Positions 45,944 through 55,614 of a DNA stretch of 64,000 nt are shown in pieces; positions within the stretch are counted from its first letter, which is position 1, and each line of letters starts with the position of its first letter. Under the pieces are notes generated by a model. It was not told the origin of the DNA and ran no database searches. It saw nothing but the letters and a program-made list of their open reading frames with translations. Source of the stretch: a virus; the IMG/VR virus record IMGVR_UViG_3300042323_000705, positions 9,779 to 73,778 of that record; one strand, written 5' to 3'. A program made the translations under genes and the position numbers.

Positions 45944-46290
45944 GATCGACCTAGCTCAAACACGTACCTAAAGTATTCTTTTTCTAGTAGATAAGAAGAC
46001 TTATCTTTAGCTTCTTCCCAAGCTTTCTCCCAAGGTTCTAGCTTGTTTTCTAAATAGTAACTTACTGCATTTGTTGTAGTTAAGAATCGGAAAGTAATAG
46101 CAGAGACACGATGTATAGATCCTCCTGCATTCTCTACAATTAGCTCTCCTTGTCGATTTTTACCGATGTAATGAAAGTCACCCCAACCTTTAACTGTGAG
46201 AGGTTTAGATAAATCTACTGTAGGCATTTTAGTTTCCTTTGCAGGTGGATAGTCTCGTTGACAGATAGAACAACTTCCAGATAGACACAT
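45934..46290 (-). CDS. Hypothetical protein (paralogue of next)
   Basis: VDLSKPLTV...VFELGRSWK. Confidence 0.6.
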   Translation of the reverse strand: MCLSGSCSICQRDYPPAKETKMPTVDLSKPLTVKGWGDFHYIGKNRQGELIVENAGGSIHRVSAITFRFLTTTNAVSYYLENKLEPWEKAWEEAKDKSSYLLEKEYFRYVFELGRSWK

Positions 46291-46778
46291 TATTTCCAGC
46301 TCCTACCTAGCTCAAAAGCATCTTTGAAGGTTTGTTCAACTGAGTATTCTTTTTCAGCTGGTTGACCTTTCCAGAGCTCAAAAGCTTGTTTCCACTCTTG
46401 TGGTGGGTTAGTTACTCGAACAAATCCTAGTTGACCTTGTACAAGTCCTGTATCTTTGTAAGCAGCGTAGACTGTTCCATCTGCAGTCTCTACTACTACC
46501 TTGTCTCCTTTTTTAGTTGAAGAGACTAAGAGAGTACAAGTCAGAGGAGCTTGACCTAAACCTTCGATTTGTAGCGGTTCTTTCCAGTTTACTGTCATTT
46601 TAAGTTTCCTGAATAGTGTGTACTTAAGGTTTCCTAACCGACGAACACCTGTACTAGTTTCAATAGTAAGGTAGCCGTTAGCGTCTTGTTTCAGTTGATA
46701 ACGTTCACCATGTTGAGTCTCAACACAGTCTCCACGGCAAACACTATAAACGATTTCATCTCCATACTTCCAAGTCAT
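46290..46778 (-). CDS. Hypothetical protein (paralogue of previous)
   Basis: VNWKEPLQI...AFELGRSWK. Confidence 0.6.
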   Translation of the reverse strand: MTWKYGDEIVYSVCRGDCVETQHGERYQLKQDANGYLTIETSTGVRRLGNLKYTLFRKLKMTVNWKEPLQIEGLGQAPLTCTLLVSSTKKGDKVVVETADGTVYAAYKDTGLVQGQLGFVRVTNPPQEWKQAFELWKGQPAEKEYSVEQTFKDAFELGRSWK

Positions 46779-46999
46779 GTTGCGGTATAGGTCCCTTCTG
46801 GTAGCCCAAGAGCGGTTAACGCTTCTCTTAGCTGTTGGTTTGTCATTTCTACGACTTCATAACGCTCATACTCTTCATTCCACTGACGAACAAAGACTCC
46901 CTGCTCGTCGAGTAGCCATTCAACGTCTTCTAGTCGTCCACTGTCGTCTAGTACTGTTATAATCGACTCCGCGAACACATGCTCTACTGTGAAGGTCAT
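46775..46999 (-). CDS. Hypothetical protein
   Basis: 74 aa. Confidence 0.6.
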   Translation of the reverse strand: MTFTVEHVFAESIITVLDDSGRLEDVEWLLDEQGVFVRQWNEEYERYEVVEMTNQQLREALTALGLPEGTYTAT

Positions 47000-47155
47000 T
47001 GCTTTGATACCGCCTGATACCAGAACAAACCCTCTTTATAGGTTGCTCCTGTTGTTGACCAGCCTAGACGAGTTAGCTTTGCTACATCAGATAGTAGCTT
47101 AGATTCTGAGTAAGCGCGTAGTACTTGTTGGATCATTTTGACCTCAGTTAGCCAT

Positions 47156-47200
47156 GAAAAAAATAATGAAGTTTAGAAAGCCCCCGCCGAAGCGGGAGCC
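47156..47200 (-). terminator. Hairpin terminator with cUUCGg loop
   Basis: Minus strand reads GCTCCCGC TTCG GCGGGGGC TTT...ATTTTTTT. Confidence 0.7.
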
Positions 47201-47205
47201 TTATC

Positions 47206-47391
47206 TTACCAAAACAACACAGCAGTTACTAGGAAAGCACCTATTCCTGCTTGATAGTTTTCGGAAGAAACTCCTACAAAGATACCAAACAGCAATGCAG
47301 CAAGCAAAGCAGAAGGACCTAGTCGAAGTCTTGGTAGTTTCAGAGAAGAAACTATGATTACAAACAGTATGATGCTACCTATGATAATCAT
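47206..47391 (-). CDS. Small membrane protein
   Basis: 61 aa, three hydrophobic segments. Confidence 0.55.
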   Translation of the reverse strand: MIIIGSIILFVIIVSSLKLPRLRLGPSALLAALLFGIFVGVSSENYQAGIGAFLVTAVLFW

Positions 47392-47402
47392 CTATTTTTA
47401 CC

Positions 47403-47648
47403 TTACACAAGAGTAGGGGCAGTAAAGCCGGGGTAGTAAACTGCAATACGCTTTGCAGACTTGTTTAGTAAACGTTGAAAAATCTCAACGTCTTGGTTAT
47501 TACCTTTATCGTAGTCAGCAAGTAACTTATAGAAGTAACGAAGCTCTAGTTTCTTATATGCTTCTTTCTGTTTACGATGCTCAAGATACTCATGAACACC
47601 AACAACAATACCGATGAAAAACAATGCCACAAAGGTTGCAGTCCACAT
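47403..47648 (-). CDS. Membrane-anchored hypothetical protein
   Basis: N-terminal TM, GGAG RBS. Confidence 0.6.
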   Translation of the reverse strand: MWTATFVALFFIGIVVGVHEYLEHRKQKEAYKKLELRYFYKLLADYDKGNNQDVEIFQRLLNKSAKRIAVYYPGFTAPTLV

Positions 47649-47649
47649 T

Positions 47650-47868
47650 TCACACTCTCCGTCCAGTGAAGGGTTTTTGATCTGAAGCTAGCTCGTATAG
47701 TCTTTGCCAAGCTACTTCGGTTGAAGCGTAGTATACCTCAGCCCAAACGAATCCGGGCTGAAGCTTTCTGTTACAGACGAACTGTCCAAATCTCAAAGAC
47801 GACCGAAGACTTGAATCGCCAATCCAAGTGTTCCAGAGCGTTCTAAGCTCTTCAGTTGTGAGTTCCAT
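47650..47868 (-). CDS. Hypothetical protein
   Basis: 72 aa; LRFGQF motif. Confidence 0.6.
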   Translation of the reverse strand: MELTTEELRTLWNTWIGDSSLRSSLRFGQFVCNRKLQPGFVWAEVYYASTEVAWQRLYELASDQKPFTGRRV

Positions 47869-48017
47869 TTCTTTTTGTTCCCTTTCATTCTAAACACGAT
47901 AGCAAGTTCAGCTTCTTTCAGCCGATGCTTCCAACCATGTTCGGTTACGAGTAACTCGTAGGTCACCCAAGAAACTTCGAGTAACTTTCCTGAGTCTAGT
48001 TGTGCGTAGTATCTCAT
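47793..48017 (-). CDS. Hypothetical protein
   Basis: AAGGAG RBS. Confidence 0.55.
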   Translation of the reverse strand: MRYYAQLDSGKLLEVSWVTYELLVTEHGWKHRLKEAELAIVFRMKGNKKKWNSQLKSLERSGTLGLAIQVFGRL

Positions 48018-48075
48018 GTTTCTCTCCTTAAGAGGGTTGTAGTCGAGCAGTTAGTCGCTTGCTCAGGCCAAGACT

Positions 48076-48276
48076 CTACAGAGTCATTACCAGTTCGTAC
48101 ACCGCAACACCTGCAAGAGTCTTAGTTACGTCCTCATGCAACTCAAGGGCTTTTTTCAAAGCTTCTTCTTTGTTACCTGCCATGAAGTAATCGCTTGTCA
48201 TAAAACCGTTTTCACCATCGTCAGTGGTGAAAGCCAGTTTAACAAAGTACGGCATTGCTCTCATAAGAGCCTCCAT
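48076..48276 (-). CDS. Hypothetical protein (first gene of the minus-strand block)
   Basis: 66 aa. Confidence 0.55.
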   Translation of the reverse strand: MEALMRAMPYFVKLAFTTDDGENGFMTSDYFMAGNKEEALKKALELHEDVTKTLAGVAVYELVMTL

Positions 48277-48366
48277 CGTTGGGGGTTAAGAGATTTCTCG
48301 TCTTGAGATTATCTCATTATAGATACACACTTTTCCTCACTTTTTTAGCATACCAAAAGGAATAAA

Positions 48367-49044
48367 ATGACCAAAAGAATTCGTACTCGCCCACGACCTC
48401 TAGTTGAAAAGGCTGTCCACATTCAGCCAAAGACTCAAAACCAAGATCGGCTAATCAGAGCTATCGAGCAAAACCAGTTAGTAGTTACAATTGGTCCAGC
48501 AGGTGTTGGTAAAACTTATTGTGCTGTTAACGCAGCTGTAAACTTGCTTGTGCAAGGTCGTGTAAAGAAACTGGTACTAGTTCGTGCTAATATTCCTACA
48601 GGAAAAACTCTTGGTTCTTTCCCCGGTGACATTTACGATAAGCTTGGTCCTTGGTTAGCTCCCATGACTAGTGAGATTAAAAAGAGACTTGGTGCAAATG
48701 ACTACGATGCTAAGCGTCATTCAGGTCAAATCGAGTTTCATCCGCTAGAAACTATTCGTGGTGCTAGCTTTGAGGACACAATTATTCTTGTTGACGAATC
48801 TCAGAACTTAACTTATGAAGAAGTGAAGGCAATTACTACAAGAATCGGTGAGAACTCTAAAATGATTCTTATGGGTGATCCAATGCAAAGAGATACACGT
48901 GACTCTGGTCTAACAACCTTTAAAAAGATTATTAATCAATTTAACTTAGAGATTCCTGTTGTTGAGTTTGATCTAGACGATATCGTTCGTTCTGATCTAG
49001 TTGCTCAGCTTGTGAAAGCCTATGTAAAATATGAGAAAAACTAA
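48367..49044 (+). CDS. phoH: PhoH-like ATPase
   Basis: GPAGVGKT, LGSFPG, RGASF, VDESQN, TRIGENSK, GDPMQ, DIVRS. Confidence 0.93.
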   Translation: MTKRIRTRPRPLVEKAVHIQPKTQNQDRLIRAIEQNQLVVTIGPAGVGKTYCAVNAAVNLLVQGRVKKLVLVRANIPTGKTLGSFPGDIYDKLGPWLAPMTSEIKKRLGANDYDAKRHSGQIEFHPLETIRGASFEDTIILVDESQNLTYEEVKAITTRIGENSKMILMGDPMQRDTRDSGLTTFKKIINQFNLEIPVVEFDLDDIVRSDLVAQLVKAYVKYEKN

Positions 49045-49128
49045 CACACACTAACGCCCATTGTTTTCAGGCCAAAAACTTTACTAAAAGAATCGACCCT
49101 GAAACTCTAAAAATAAAGGACAACAAAT

Positions 49129-49437
49129 ATGGCAAGAAATCAAGCAGCAGTGCATGTACCAGTTGGTGTATGGACTGAACTAACTGGCGGTGATGCAACT
49201 AAGATCACATGGCAAATCGTCACTAACGAAGACAAACTAAACGGTGTTTACGTTCGTGTAACAGATACTGGCACAGCTCCAACAGACCAGTACGGCCTCC
49301 ATTTCGCAACTTGGGATGATGCTGAGATTAATCGTGCACTTACAGACTATCGTGCAGGTGTAGCAGGCTCTAAACGTGTCTGGGCCAAAGCAATTAAAGA
49401 AGCTGTTGTAGTAGTCGTATCAGACGATAGCGTATAA
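49129..49437 (+). CDS. Hypothetical (likely virion) protein
   Basis: 102 aa upstream of the portal. Confidence 0.6.
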   Translation: MARNQAAVHVPVGVWTELTGGDATKITWQIVTNEDKLNGVYVRVTDTGTAPTDQYGLHFATWDDAEINRALTDYRAGVAGSKRVWAKAIKEAVVVVVSDDSV

Positions 49438-49453
49438 CTCTAAGGAGAACTAA

Positions 49454-51025
49454 ATGACCCAGATACCAACTCTTACTTCGAAGTCTAGTGTTGGCACTCC
49501 AACTTACGAATATGAATCTATGGTTCGTATCTGGAAACGTTGCCGCGCTATTCTAAACGGAGAGCTTTATGCTAAAGAGCATGACCGTTATCTCGATCAA
49601 GTTAACTACACTAACCTACTAGTACCTTTTAGTCCTCGTATGTCAGCAGAACAGTATCGCTGGTACGTAGCTGAAGCAGAACTACCCGGTTTAACTTCAC
49701 AGTATGCAAAGATTCTTACAGGTGGTTTGCTTCGTAAGCCACCAGAAATTATGCTACCTGAAACAGTACCTGAAGAAGCTGCCTCTTGGCTACGTAACCG
49801 CTTTACGGAAGATGGTCGTCCAATTATTGCTTTTCTTGATGCTGCTATTTGGGAAGAGCTATCGACTTCACGTGGTTGGGTTTCTGTAGACTTTCCTATG
49901 GTTCCTAACTACACTGATTTAGATCCTGAACAAAAACAAATGATTGCGCCTTATCCAGTTCTTTGGAGAGCTGAGGACGTTATTAACTGGCAAACAGGTA
50001 TTGATAAATCCACTGGTCGTCCAACTCTTACTCGTATTGTTTTCCGTTACATTGGCAGAACTTATAGAGACTCTGAGTGGCATCCTAACTTAGACATTGT
50101 TGCTGCGGATCATTATCTTGATGAAGAAGGTATTTACAGAGTACAATACTACAAAAAAGAAGGTGAAGCTACAGTAGACCTGATTAACGGTGACATTAAA
50201 ATGACTCAGCTCTTTGGTACTGAGCTGTTTAGTAATGACCACTGGATTGCAGACGGTGAACCTTTAACTCCAATGATGTGGGGTGAGCCAATGACACAGC
50301 TCCCTATTTTCCCATTAAATGGTGAAGTTACCCTCGAAGCTCCAATGCTAACTCCTCTTATTGACAAAGAAATTGCTCTTTACAACAAAATCTCTCGTCG
50401 TAATCATCTTCTTTATGGTGCAGCTACTTTTACTCCTGTAGTGTTTTCAGACATGAGCAACGAAGACTTTCAACAAGTAGTTAATGCTGGTTTAGGCTCC
50501 TGGATTAAATTAGGCTCACAAGACAAAATTGATGCTTTTAAAACTCCAACGGATGCTTTGTCAGATATGGATCGTGCAATTGAAGGTGCCTTAGCTGAAA
50601 TGTCTCGTTTCGGTACTCAGATTCTAGCACCAGACGCAAGAACTGGAGACTCTGGTATTGCGCTTGAAATTAGAAACTCTAGCATCACAGCTCAGCTAGG
50701 ACTTCTTAACAACAAGCTCTCTGCTACTATGGCAGAAGTTCTTAAGCTAATGATTAGATGGCGTTATGGAAAAGATGTAGAAGTTGAAGATCTTAAATTC
50801 AAACTATCAGCAGACTTTAACCCAACACCTCTTGGTTCTGAATGGACTCGTCTAGTAACTGAATGGTATCAGAATCGTTTGATTCCTCGTTCTGTATGGC
50901 TTTCTGTAGCTAAGCAGCATGATATTATTCCTAATGATTATGATGATGTAGCAGGTATGGAAGAGATCGGCCAAGATCCTCTGATTCAAGATAACTCTGG
51001 CATGGACATAGAGGACAATATATAA
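49454..51025 (+). CDS. Portal protein (DUF4055-like)
   Basis: 523 aa; LLRKPP, PYPVLWRAEDVINW, PLIDKEIALY, DSGIALEIR, LSADF pattern; head-gene context. Confidence 0.82.
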   Translation: MTQIPTLTSKSSVGTPTYEYESMVRIWKRCRAILNGELYAKEHDRYLDQVNYTNLLVPFSPRMSAEQYRWYVAEAELPGLTSQYAKILTGGLLRKPPEIMLPETVPEEAASWLRNRFTEDGRPIIAFLDAAIWEELSTSRGWVSVDFPMVPNYTDLDPEQKQMIAPYPVLWRAEDVINWQTGIDKSTGRPTLTRIVFRYIGRTYRDSEWHPNLDIVAADHYLDEEGIYRVQYYKKEGEATVDLINGDIKMTQLFGTELFSNDHWIADGEPLTPMMWGEPMTQLPIFPLNGEVTLEAPMLTPLIDKEIALYNKISRRNHLLYGAATFTPVVFSDMSNEDFQQVVNAGLGSWIKLGSQDKIDAFKTPTDALSDMDRAIEGALAEMSRFGTQILAPDARTGDSGIALEIRNSSITAQLGLLNNKLSATMAEVLKLMIRWRYGKDVEVEDLKFKLSADFNPTPLGSEWTRLVTEWYQNRLIPRSVWLSVAKQHDIIPNDYDDVAGMEEIGQDPLIQDNSGMDIEDNI

Positions 51026-51219
51026 TGTTTTTAGCAATGCTACTAGTGTGCACTTCAGCTGAAGTACAATCTTGCGAAATCTTTTACAATACTGAAGAGG
51101 TCTTTGTAACTCAAGAAGCTTGTGAAGCAGATCTTGATGAAGCTTCTACTTTTCTTGACAGTCCTGAAGTTTACTACAGCAAGACTGGTTGCATTGTTCT
51201 TCCAGGAGACTCTGCATAA
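51025..51219 (+). CDS. Small secreted/membrane Cys-containing protein
   Basis: MFLAMLLVC...C...C...C. Confidence 0.55.
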   Translation: MFLAMLLVCTSAEVQSCEIFYNTEEVFVTQEACEADLDEASTFLDSPEVYYSKTGCIVLPGDSA

Positions 51220-51365
51220 TGCCACTTAAAAAAGGTTATTCACAAAAGACCATTTCTTCAAATATTCGTAGAGAGAAAAAACGTGGTCATTCACAGAAAC
51301 AATCTGTAGCTATCGCTTTGTCGGTAGCTGCAGAGGCTAAGAAGAAAAGAAATAAAAAGAAATAA
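51219..51365 (+). CDS. Small basic protein (48 aa)
   Basis: [48 protein letters not shown]; AGGAG RBS. Confidence 0.75.
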   Translation: MPLKKGYSQKTISSNIRREKKRGHSQKQSVAIALSVAAEAKKKRNKKK

Positions 51366-51429
51366 CTCTCCTCAATGAAGGACCCCAACAACACAACCCA
51401 GCTGAGGCTCGGTTAGAGGAGACACACAC

Positions 51430-51867
51430 ATGGCACGCAGTAAAATTACTTCTGCTTCCCAAGATCTTATCTCTGATAATGGAGCAGTCTTAGCAAGTAT
51501 TGTTGACGGAGAACAGATTCAATTAGATGTAACACTAAACTGGCTAACCAATCTTACAGGTTATCAGATGAAAGTTACTGTCATTGAAGCTCAAAATACT
51601 GGTGATGGTAAGATTCCTACGGCTGTGCAGCCTAGTGGAGTTATTACTCAGCTACCTATTTTAGATTCTCTCGTAACCGATAATACTTTCAAGATTGTTT
51701 TCCCAGAGAACTTGATTGCTACTTGGAACGTACAACCTTCCCCTGACAAACCTGTTTATGGTTATATCGAACTAGAAGTAAAAGACACAGGAACAGGGAA
51801 TCTACAACAAATTTGGAAACCTCTCAGAGGACTAGTAGAAGTCTTATATTCTCCAACGGAGTTCTAA
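51430..51867 (+). CDS. Putative virion adaptor protein
   Basis: 145 aa, beta-rich, GAGGAG RBS, precedes fibre genes. Confidence 0.55.
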   Translation: MARSKITSASQDLISDNGAVLASIVDGEQIQLDVTLNWLTNLTGYQMKVTVIEAQNTGDGKIPTAVQPSGVITQLPILDSLVTDNTFKIVFPENLIATWNVQPSPDKPVYGYIELEVKDTGTGNLQQIWKPLRGLVEVLYSPTEF

Positions 51868-51868
51868 G

Positions 51869-52351
51869 ATGACATACAAACTAAGCACTAAAGGCAATAA
51901 GTTAGAACTTTCTCTAACTAAAAACGAACTTGTTACAGAAGTAGACAAGCTAGAATACACAGTTTCTCTTGCTAGGACAGGAGGGCAGGGTTCTAAAGGC
52001 GATACTATTAGTAATGTTTATGTTGATGCTAACCAACACCTTATTGTACAAACGGTTAACTCTGCAGGAGTAACCACTACAATCGATGCAGGTGATGTTG
52101 AAGCTGAAATCAACTTAGACCATCTTGAAGATGTTATTTTTAACAACTTACAAAATGCTGACTACATCGCTTACGACTTACCTACTCAAACCTTTAGAAA
52201 CTACCAGCTAACAACTTCTCGTATGGTAGATGTAAACAATGACGATAGAACTGACGGTTCTCTTCTTGTGTTTAAAGAAACTGATAACAAGTATGTTGCA
52301 ACAAACGTACTTAATAATCCAAATACTATCATTACTGGGGGTAACTTCTAA
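51869..52351 (+). CDS. Putative virion fibre-associated protein
   Basis: GGQGSKGD collagen-like stretch, LEDV/MVDV repeats. Confidence 0.55.
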   Translation: MTYKLSTKGNKLELSLTKNELVTEVDKLEYTVSLARTGGQGSKGDTISNVYVDANQHLIVQTVNSAGVTTTIDAGDVEAEINLDHLEDVIFNNLQNADYIAYDLPTQTFRNYQLTTSRMVDVNNDDRTDGSLLVFKETDNKYVATNVLNNPNTIITGGNF

Positions 52352-53445
52352 TGGCAACTAAAATTCTTCTTAAAAAATCTAGTACAGCAGGTGCTGTGCC
52401 GCTAACAACCGATCTTGAAATTGGTGAAGTAGCACTTAACCTTGCTGACCGTAAACTTTATTCTAAAAACAATTCTAACATTGTAGTACCCATTGGTTCT
52501 GCTTATGTTGGTGGTACTGCTCCTACTGCTCCTGCTGAAGGTGACCTTTGGTACGATTCTGCTAACGATTTGTTAAAAGCTTACAACGGTACTGCTTGGG
52601 CAGCTGCAGGCTACACCTCTCTCACCCAGTTCGGTGTTAATGCTAGTGCTGCAGAGCTAAACATCCTTGACGGCGCTACCCTAACTACTACTGAGCTAAA
52701 TTATGTAGACGGTGTTACCTCTGCTATTCAAACGCAGTTAGACGGCAAATCTTCTACCTCTCATAACCACACTGTTGACTCTCTTTCAAACGTCCTTGTT
52801 ATTGACAACTCTGATAACGAAGTACTAGCTTGGGACTCTACAAGCTCTAAGTGGATTAACCAAACAGCAGCAGAAGCTGGTCTTGCCACTTCAACTCACA
52901 ACCACACTCTAGACTCTCTTTCTAACGTTACGATCACATCAAATGCTAGTGGTGAGATCTTAAAGTGGAATGGTACTGCTTGGATTAACAACACTCTTGC
53001 AGAAGCAGGTATTCAACCAGCTGGCTCTTATTTAACTGCTGAAGTCGATACTCTTGCTACCGTAACAGGTCGTGGTGCAACCACTTCAACTGCTATTTCT
53101 ATTGCTAATGCTACAAGTTCTACTGGAACTACTAGTGGTGCTTTAACTGTAGCTGGTGGTGTAGGCATCGTAGAAAACCTTAACGTTGGTGGTAATGCTA
53201 TTATCACAGGCAACTTGACTGTTAATGGTACAACTACTACTGTAAACTCAAACACTGTTAACATTGGCGACAACATCATTGTTCTTAACGCAGACGAAAC
53301 AGGAGCAGCCAGTCAAAATGCTGGTTTTGAAGTAGAGCGTGGCACTGATACAAACGTACAGTTTATTTGGAATGAAGCTAACGATGCTTGGGACATGGGT
53401 GACTATCCACTACAAAACGTAAAGCTTGACGGCGGTACTTACTAA
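52351..53445 (+). CDS. Fibre-like virion protein
   Basis: Tandem HNHT.DSLSNV...WIN.T.AEAG repeats; GNLTVNGTTTTVN; ERGTDTN. Confidence 0.7.
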   Translation: MATKILLKKSSTAGAVPLTTDLEIGEVALNLADRKLYSKNNSNIVVPIGSAYVGGTAPTAPAEGDLWYDSANDLLKAYNGTAWAAAGYTSLTQFGVNASAAELNILDGATLTTTELNYVDGVTSAIQTQLDGKSSTSHNHTVDSLSNVLVIDNSDNEVLAWDSTSSKWINQTAAEAGLATSTHNHTLDSLSNVTITSNASGEILKWNGTAWINNTLAEAGIQPAGSYLTAEVDTLATVTGRGATTSTAISIANATSSTGTTSGALTVAGGVGIVENLNVGGNAIITGNLTVNGTTTTVNSNTVNIGDNIIVLNADETGAASQNAGFEVERGTDTNVQFIWNEANDAWDMGDYPLQNVKLDGGTY

Positions 53446-53467
53446 GACATAGAAAGGTCTCATCTAT

Positions 53468-54922
53468 ATGGCGACTAAAATTATTCACAAGAAGTCTAGC
53501 GTTGCTGAAAAAGTACCGCTAACGACTGATCTTGAAGTTGGCGAGCTTGCTATCAACCTTGTCGACAAAAAACTATTCTCAAAAGATGGCAACGGTAACA
53601 TCATCGAGTTCGGCTCTGTAGAAGTACAGCAGTTAACTGTATACAACGGTACTGGCGCTACAATTACTAAAGGCTCTGTTGTTTATATCAACGGAGCACA
53701 AGGACAAAGACCAAGTATTGCGCTTGCTAGCAACTCTTCTGAAGCTACTTCCAGCAAGACTATTGGTTTTGTTGTTGCAGACATTCTCAATGGAGCAGAA
53801 GGAACAGTAACCACAGAAGGTTTAGTTTACAACCTAAATACTCTTGGTTTAACTGAAGGGGGTCCTGTTTACTTAGGATCAACAGCAGGGTCTATTACTC
53901 AGACTAAGCCTGTTGCTCCTGCTCACTTAGTTTCTCTTGGTTGGGTAGTTAAGGCTAATGCTAGCTCAGGCCGTATTCTTGCTCATGTGCAGAATGGTTT
54001 TGAGTTAAATGAAATTCATGATGTCCTTATCTCTAGCCCTACTAATGGCCAAGTTTTAGCTTATGAAACTTCTTCAGGTCTTTGGAAGAATACCACAAGT
54101 CAAAGTACTGCAAGCTCATATGCAACTGGAAAAGTAACGCTATCAACAACTACTGCAGATCAAATTATAGATAGCTTTTTAGTTACAGCAGTAAAAACTA
54201 CAAAATATTATGTAGAAGCAACAACAGCAAGCTCATATCATGCTACAGAAATTTTATTAATACAGGATGGTACTGCTTGTTACGTAACTGAATATGCAAC
54301 TATTTACTCAGGATCAAGCCTTATTTCCTTTAATGCAAATATTAGCGGAGGAAATGTTAGACTACTTGCAACTCCGGTAAACACAAATACTACAGTAACC
54401 TTTGCAAGAATTGATGTACTTGAAGGTGGTGCTGTAGGGGGAACTATTCCAACAGCTAGTACAACTGTTCTTGGTGGTGTTAAAGTTGACGGAACTACTA
54501 TTGCAATTAGTAACGGCATTATTTCTTCGGTAGGTGGTGGAGGCTCAAGCAGCTTTTCTAACCAGTATTCCCTGACAGGTACTACAACAAATTCTACTGA
54601 AACAGAACTGCTTATTGACGGTTTAACTCGAATTCCTGTAGCAACAAATAAAGCTATAAGCTATTTAGTAACTATTGCTGCTCGGAGAACAGATACTCCT
54701 GGTGATTATGCTATGTTTGAACTTAAAGGGGTAGCAGCAAATAGTAGCGGAGTAGTAACTGATGTTGGATCTGCTTATGAAATTATTGTAGCAAGAACAA
54801 ATACGGGATATTTAGTTGATGCTAGAGCTGATGATACAAACAATTCCATAAATATTTACGTAACAGGAGTGACTGGTCATACGATTAGTTGGAAAGCTTC
54901 AGTTCAGGTAATAGAGGTTTAA
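53468..54922 (+). CDS. Fibre-like virion protein
   Basis: N-terminus paralogous to 52351 (MATKI..KKSS....PLTTDLE.GE.A.NL.D.KL.SK). Confidence 0.7.
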   Translation: MATKIIHKKSSVAEKVPLTTDLEVGELAINLVDKKLFSKDGNGNIIEFGSVEVQQLTVYNGTGATITKGSVVYINGAQGQRPSIALASNSSEATSSKTIGFVVADILNGAEGTVTTEGLVYNLNTLGLTEGGPVYLGSTAGSITQTKPVAPAHLVSLGWVVKANASSGRILAHVQNGFELNEIHDVLISSPTNGQVLAYETSSGLWKNTTSQSTASSYATGKVTLSTTTADQIIDSFLVTAVKTTKYYVEATTASSYHATEILLIQDGTACYVTEYATIYSGSSLISFNANISGGNVRLLATPVNTNTTVTFARIDVLEGGAVGGTIPTASTTVLGGVKVDGTTIAISNGIISSVGGGGSSSFSNQYSLTGTTTNSTETELLIDGLTRIPVATNKAISYLVTIAARRTDTPGDYAMFELKGVAANSSGVVTDVGSAYEIIVARTNTGYLVDARADDTNNSINIYVTGVTGHTISWKASVQVIEV

Positions 54923-55407
54923 CAATGGCAAGAAGAACTCGTAAATTTCTTTTAGATAATACTACCGGAACAGCTTATACAAATATTAACAATGTTACAG
55001 GCGCACCTCTTTCAAGCGTAGCCGCTGGTATCAAACCTAAAACTTCTAGAATTGCCTTATCTGCAGCTGGGCGACCAGTTGTAAAACTTACAGGCAATAA
55101 AGCTGTATTTACTCGAGCAGCAAATTTAATATCTCAAATTTATTTAGAAGTTACTGATGCAAGAGGCGCAAGAACTGCAATAGCTGCACCAGCAGGTGGC
55201 TCAATTGACATTAATTTAAGAAAAGTTGACTCATCAAATGTTTCATCAACTTTAGGAACATACTCAATTACAAGCGGAAATACTTCTAGTACATATGCTA
55301 CAGCACTTAACATACTAAACACTGATACTGTGTTTATTGATATTACTGGTATAGGAACTATACGTCCTGGTACAGGGCTAAACGTTGTAATAACCTTTTA
55401 CGGATAA
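54889..55407 (+). CDS. Hypothetical virion protein
   Basis: Likely start at MARRTRK. Confidence 0.55.
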   Translation: MESFSSGNRGLTMARRTRKFLLDNTTGTAYTNINNVTGAPLSSVAAGIKPKTSRIALSAAGRPVVKLTGNKAVFTRAANLISQIYLEVTDARGARTAIAAPAGGSIDINLRKVDSSNVSSTLGTYSITSGNTSSTYATALNILNTDTVFIDITGIGTIRPGTGLNVVITFYG

Positions 55408-55412
55408 ATAAA

Positions 55413-55613
55413 ATGACAAAAGAAGAAATAATGAACCAGTTTCAGGGAAACAACGAAACAGCACCGACTGTATACGTTTTTAATGGAAGTTTAAGTGAAC
55501 TCGAACAAGTAGCTGCAACAAGTATTAAAACATTTGGTGTACAAGGTATTTTATATTTTATGTCACTTGATCCTGAGTATACTCCAGTAGACTCAAGAAT
55601 GGAGATTTTATAA
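55413..55613 (+). CDS. Hypothetical protein
   Basis: 66 aa. Confidence 0.55.
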   Translation: MTKEEIMNQFQGNNETAPTVYVFNGSLSELEQVAATSIKTFGVQGILYFMSLDPEYTPVDSRMEIL

Positions 55614-55614
55614 C

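Noticed and set aside
47154-47357. 67-aa plus-strand ORF
   Set aside because: Runs through a terminator hairpin and is antisense to a membrane-protein gene.
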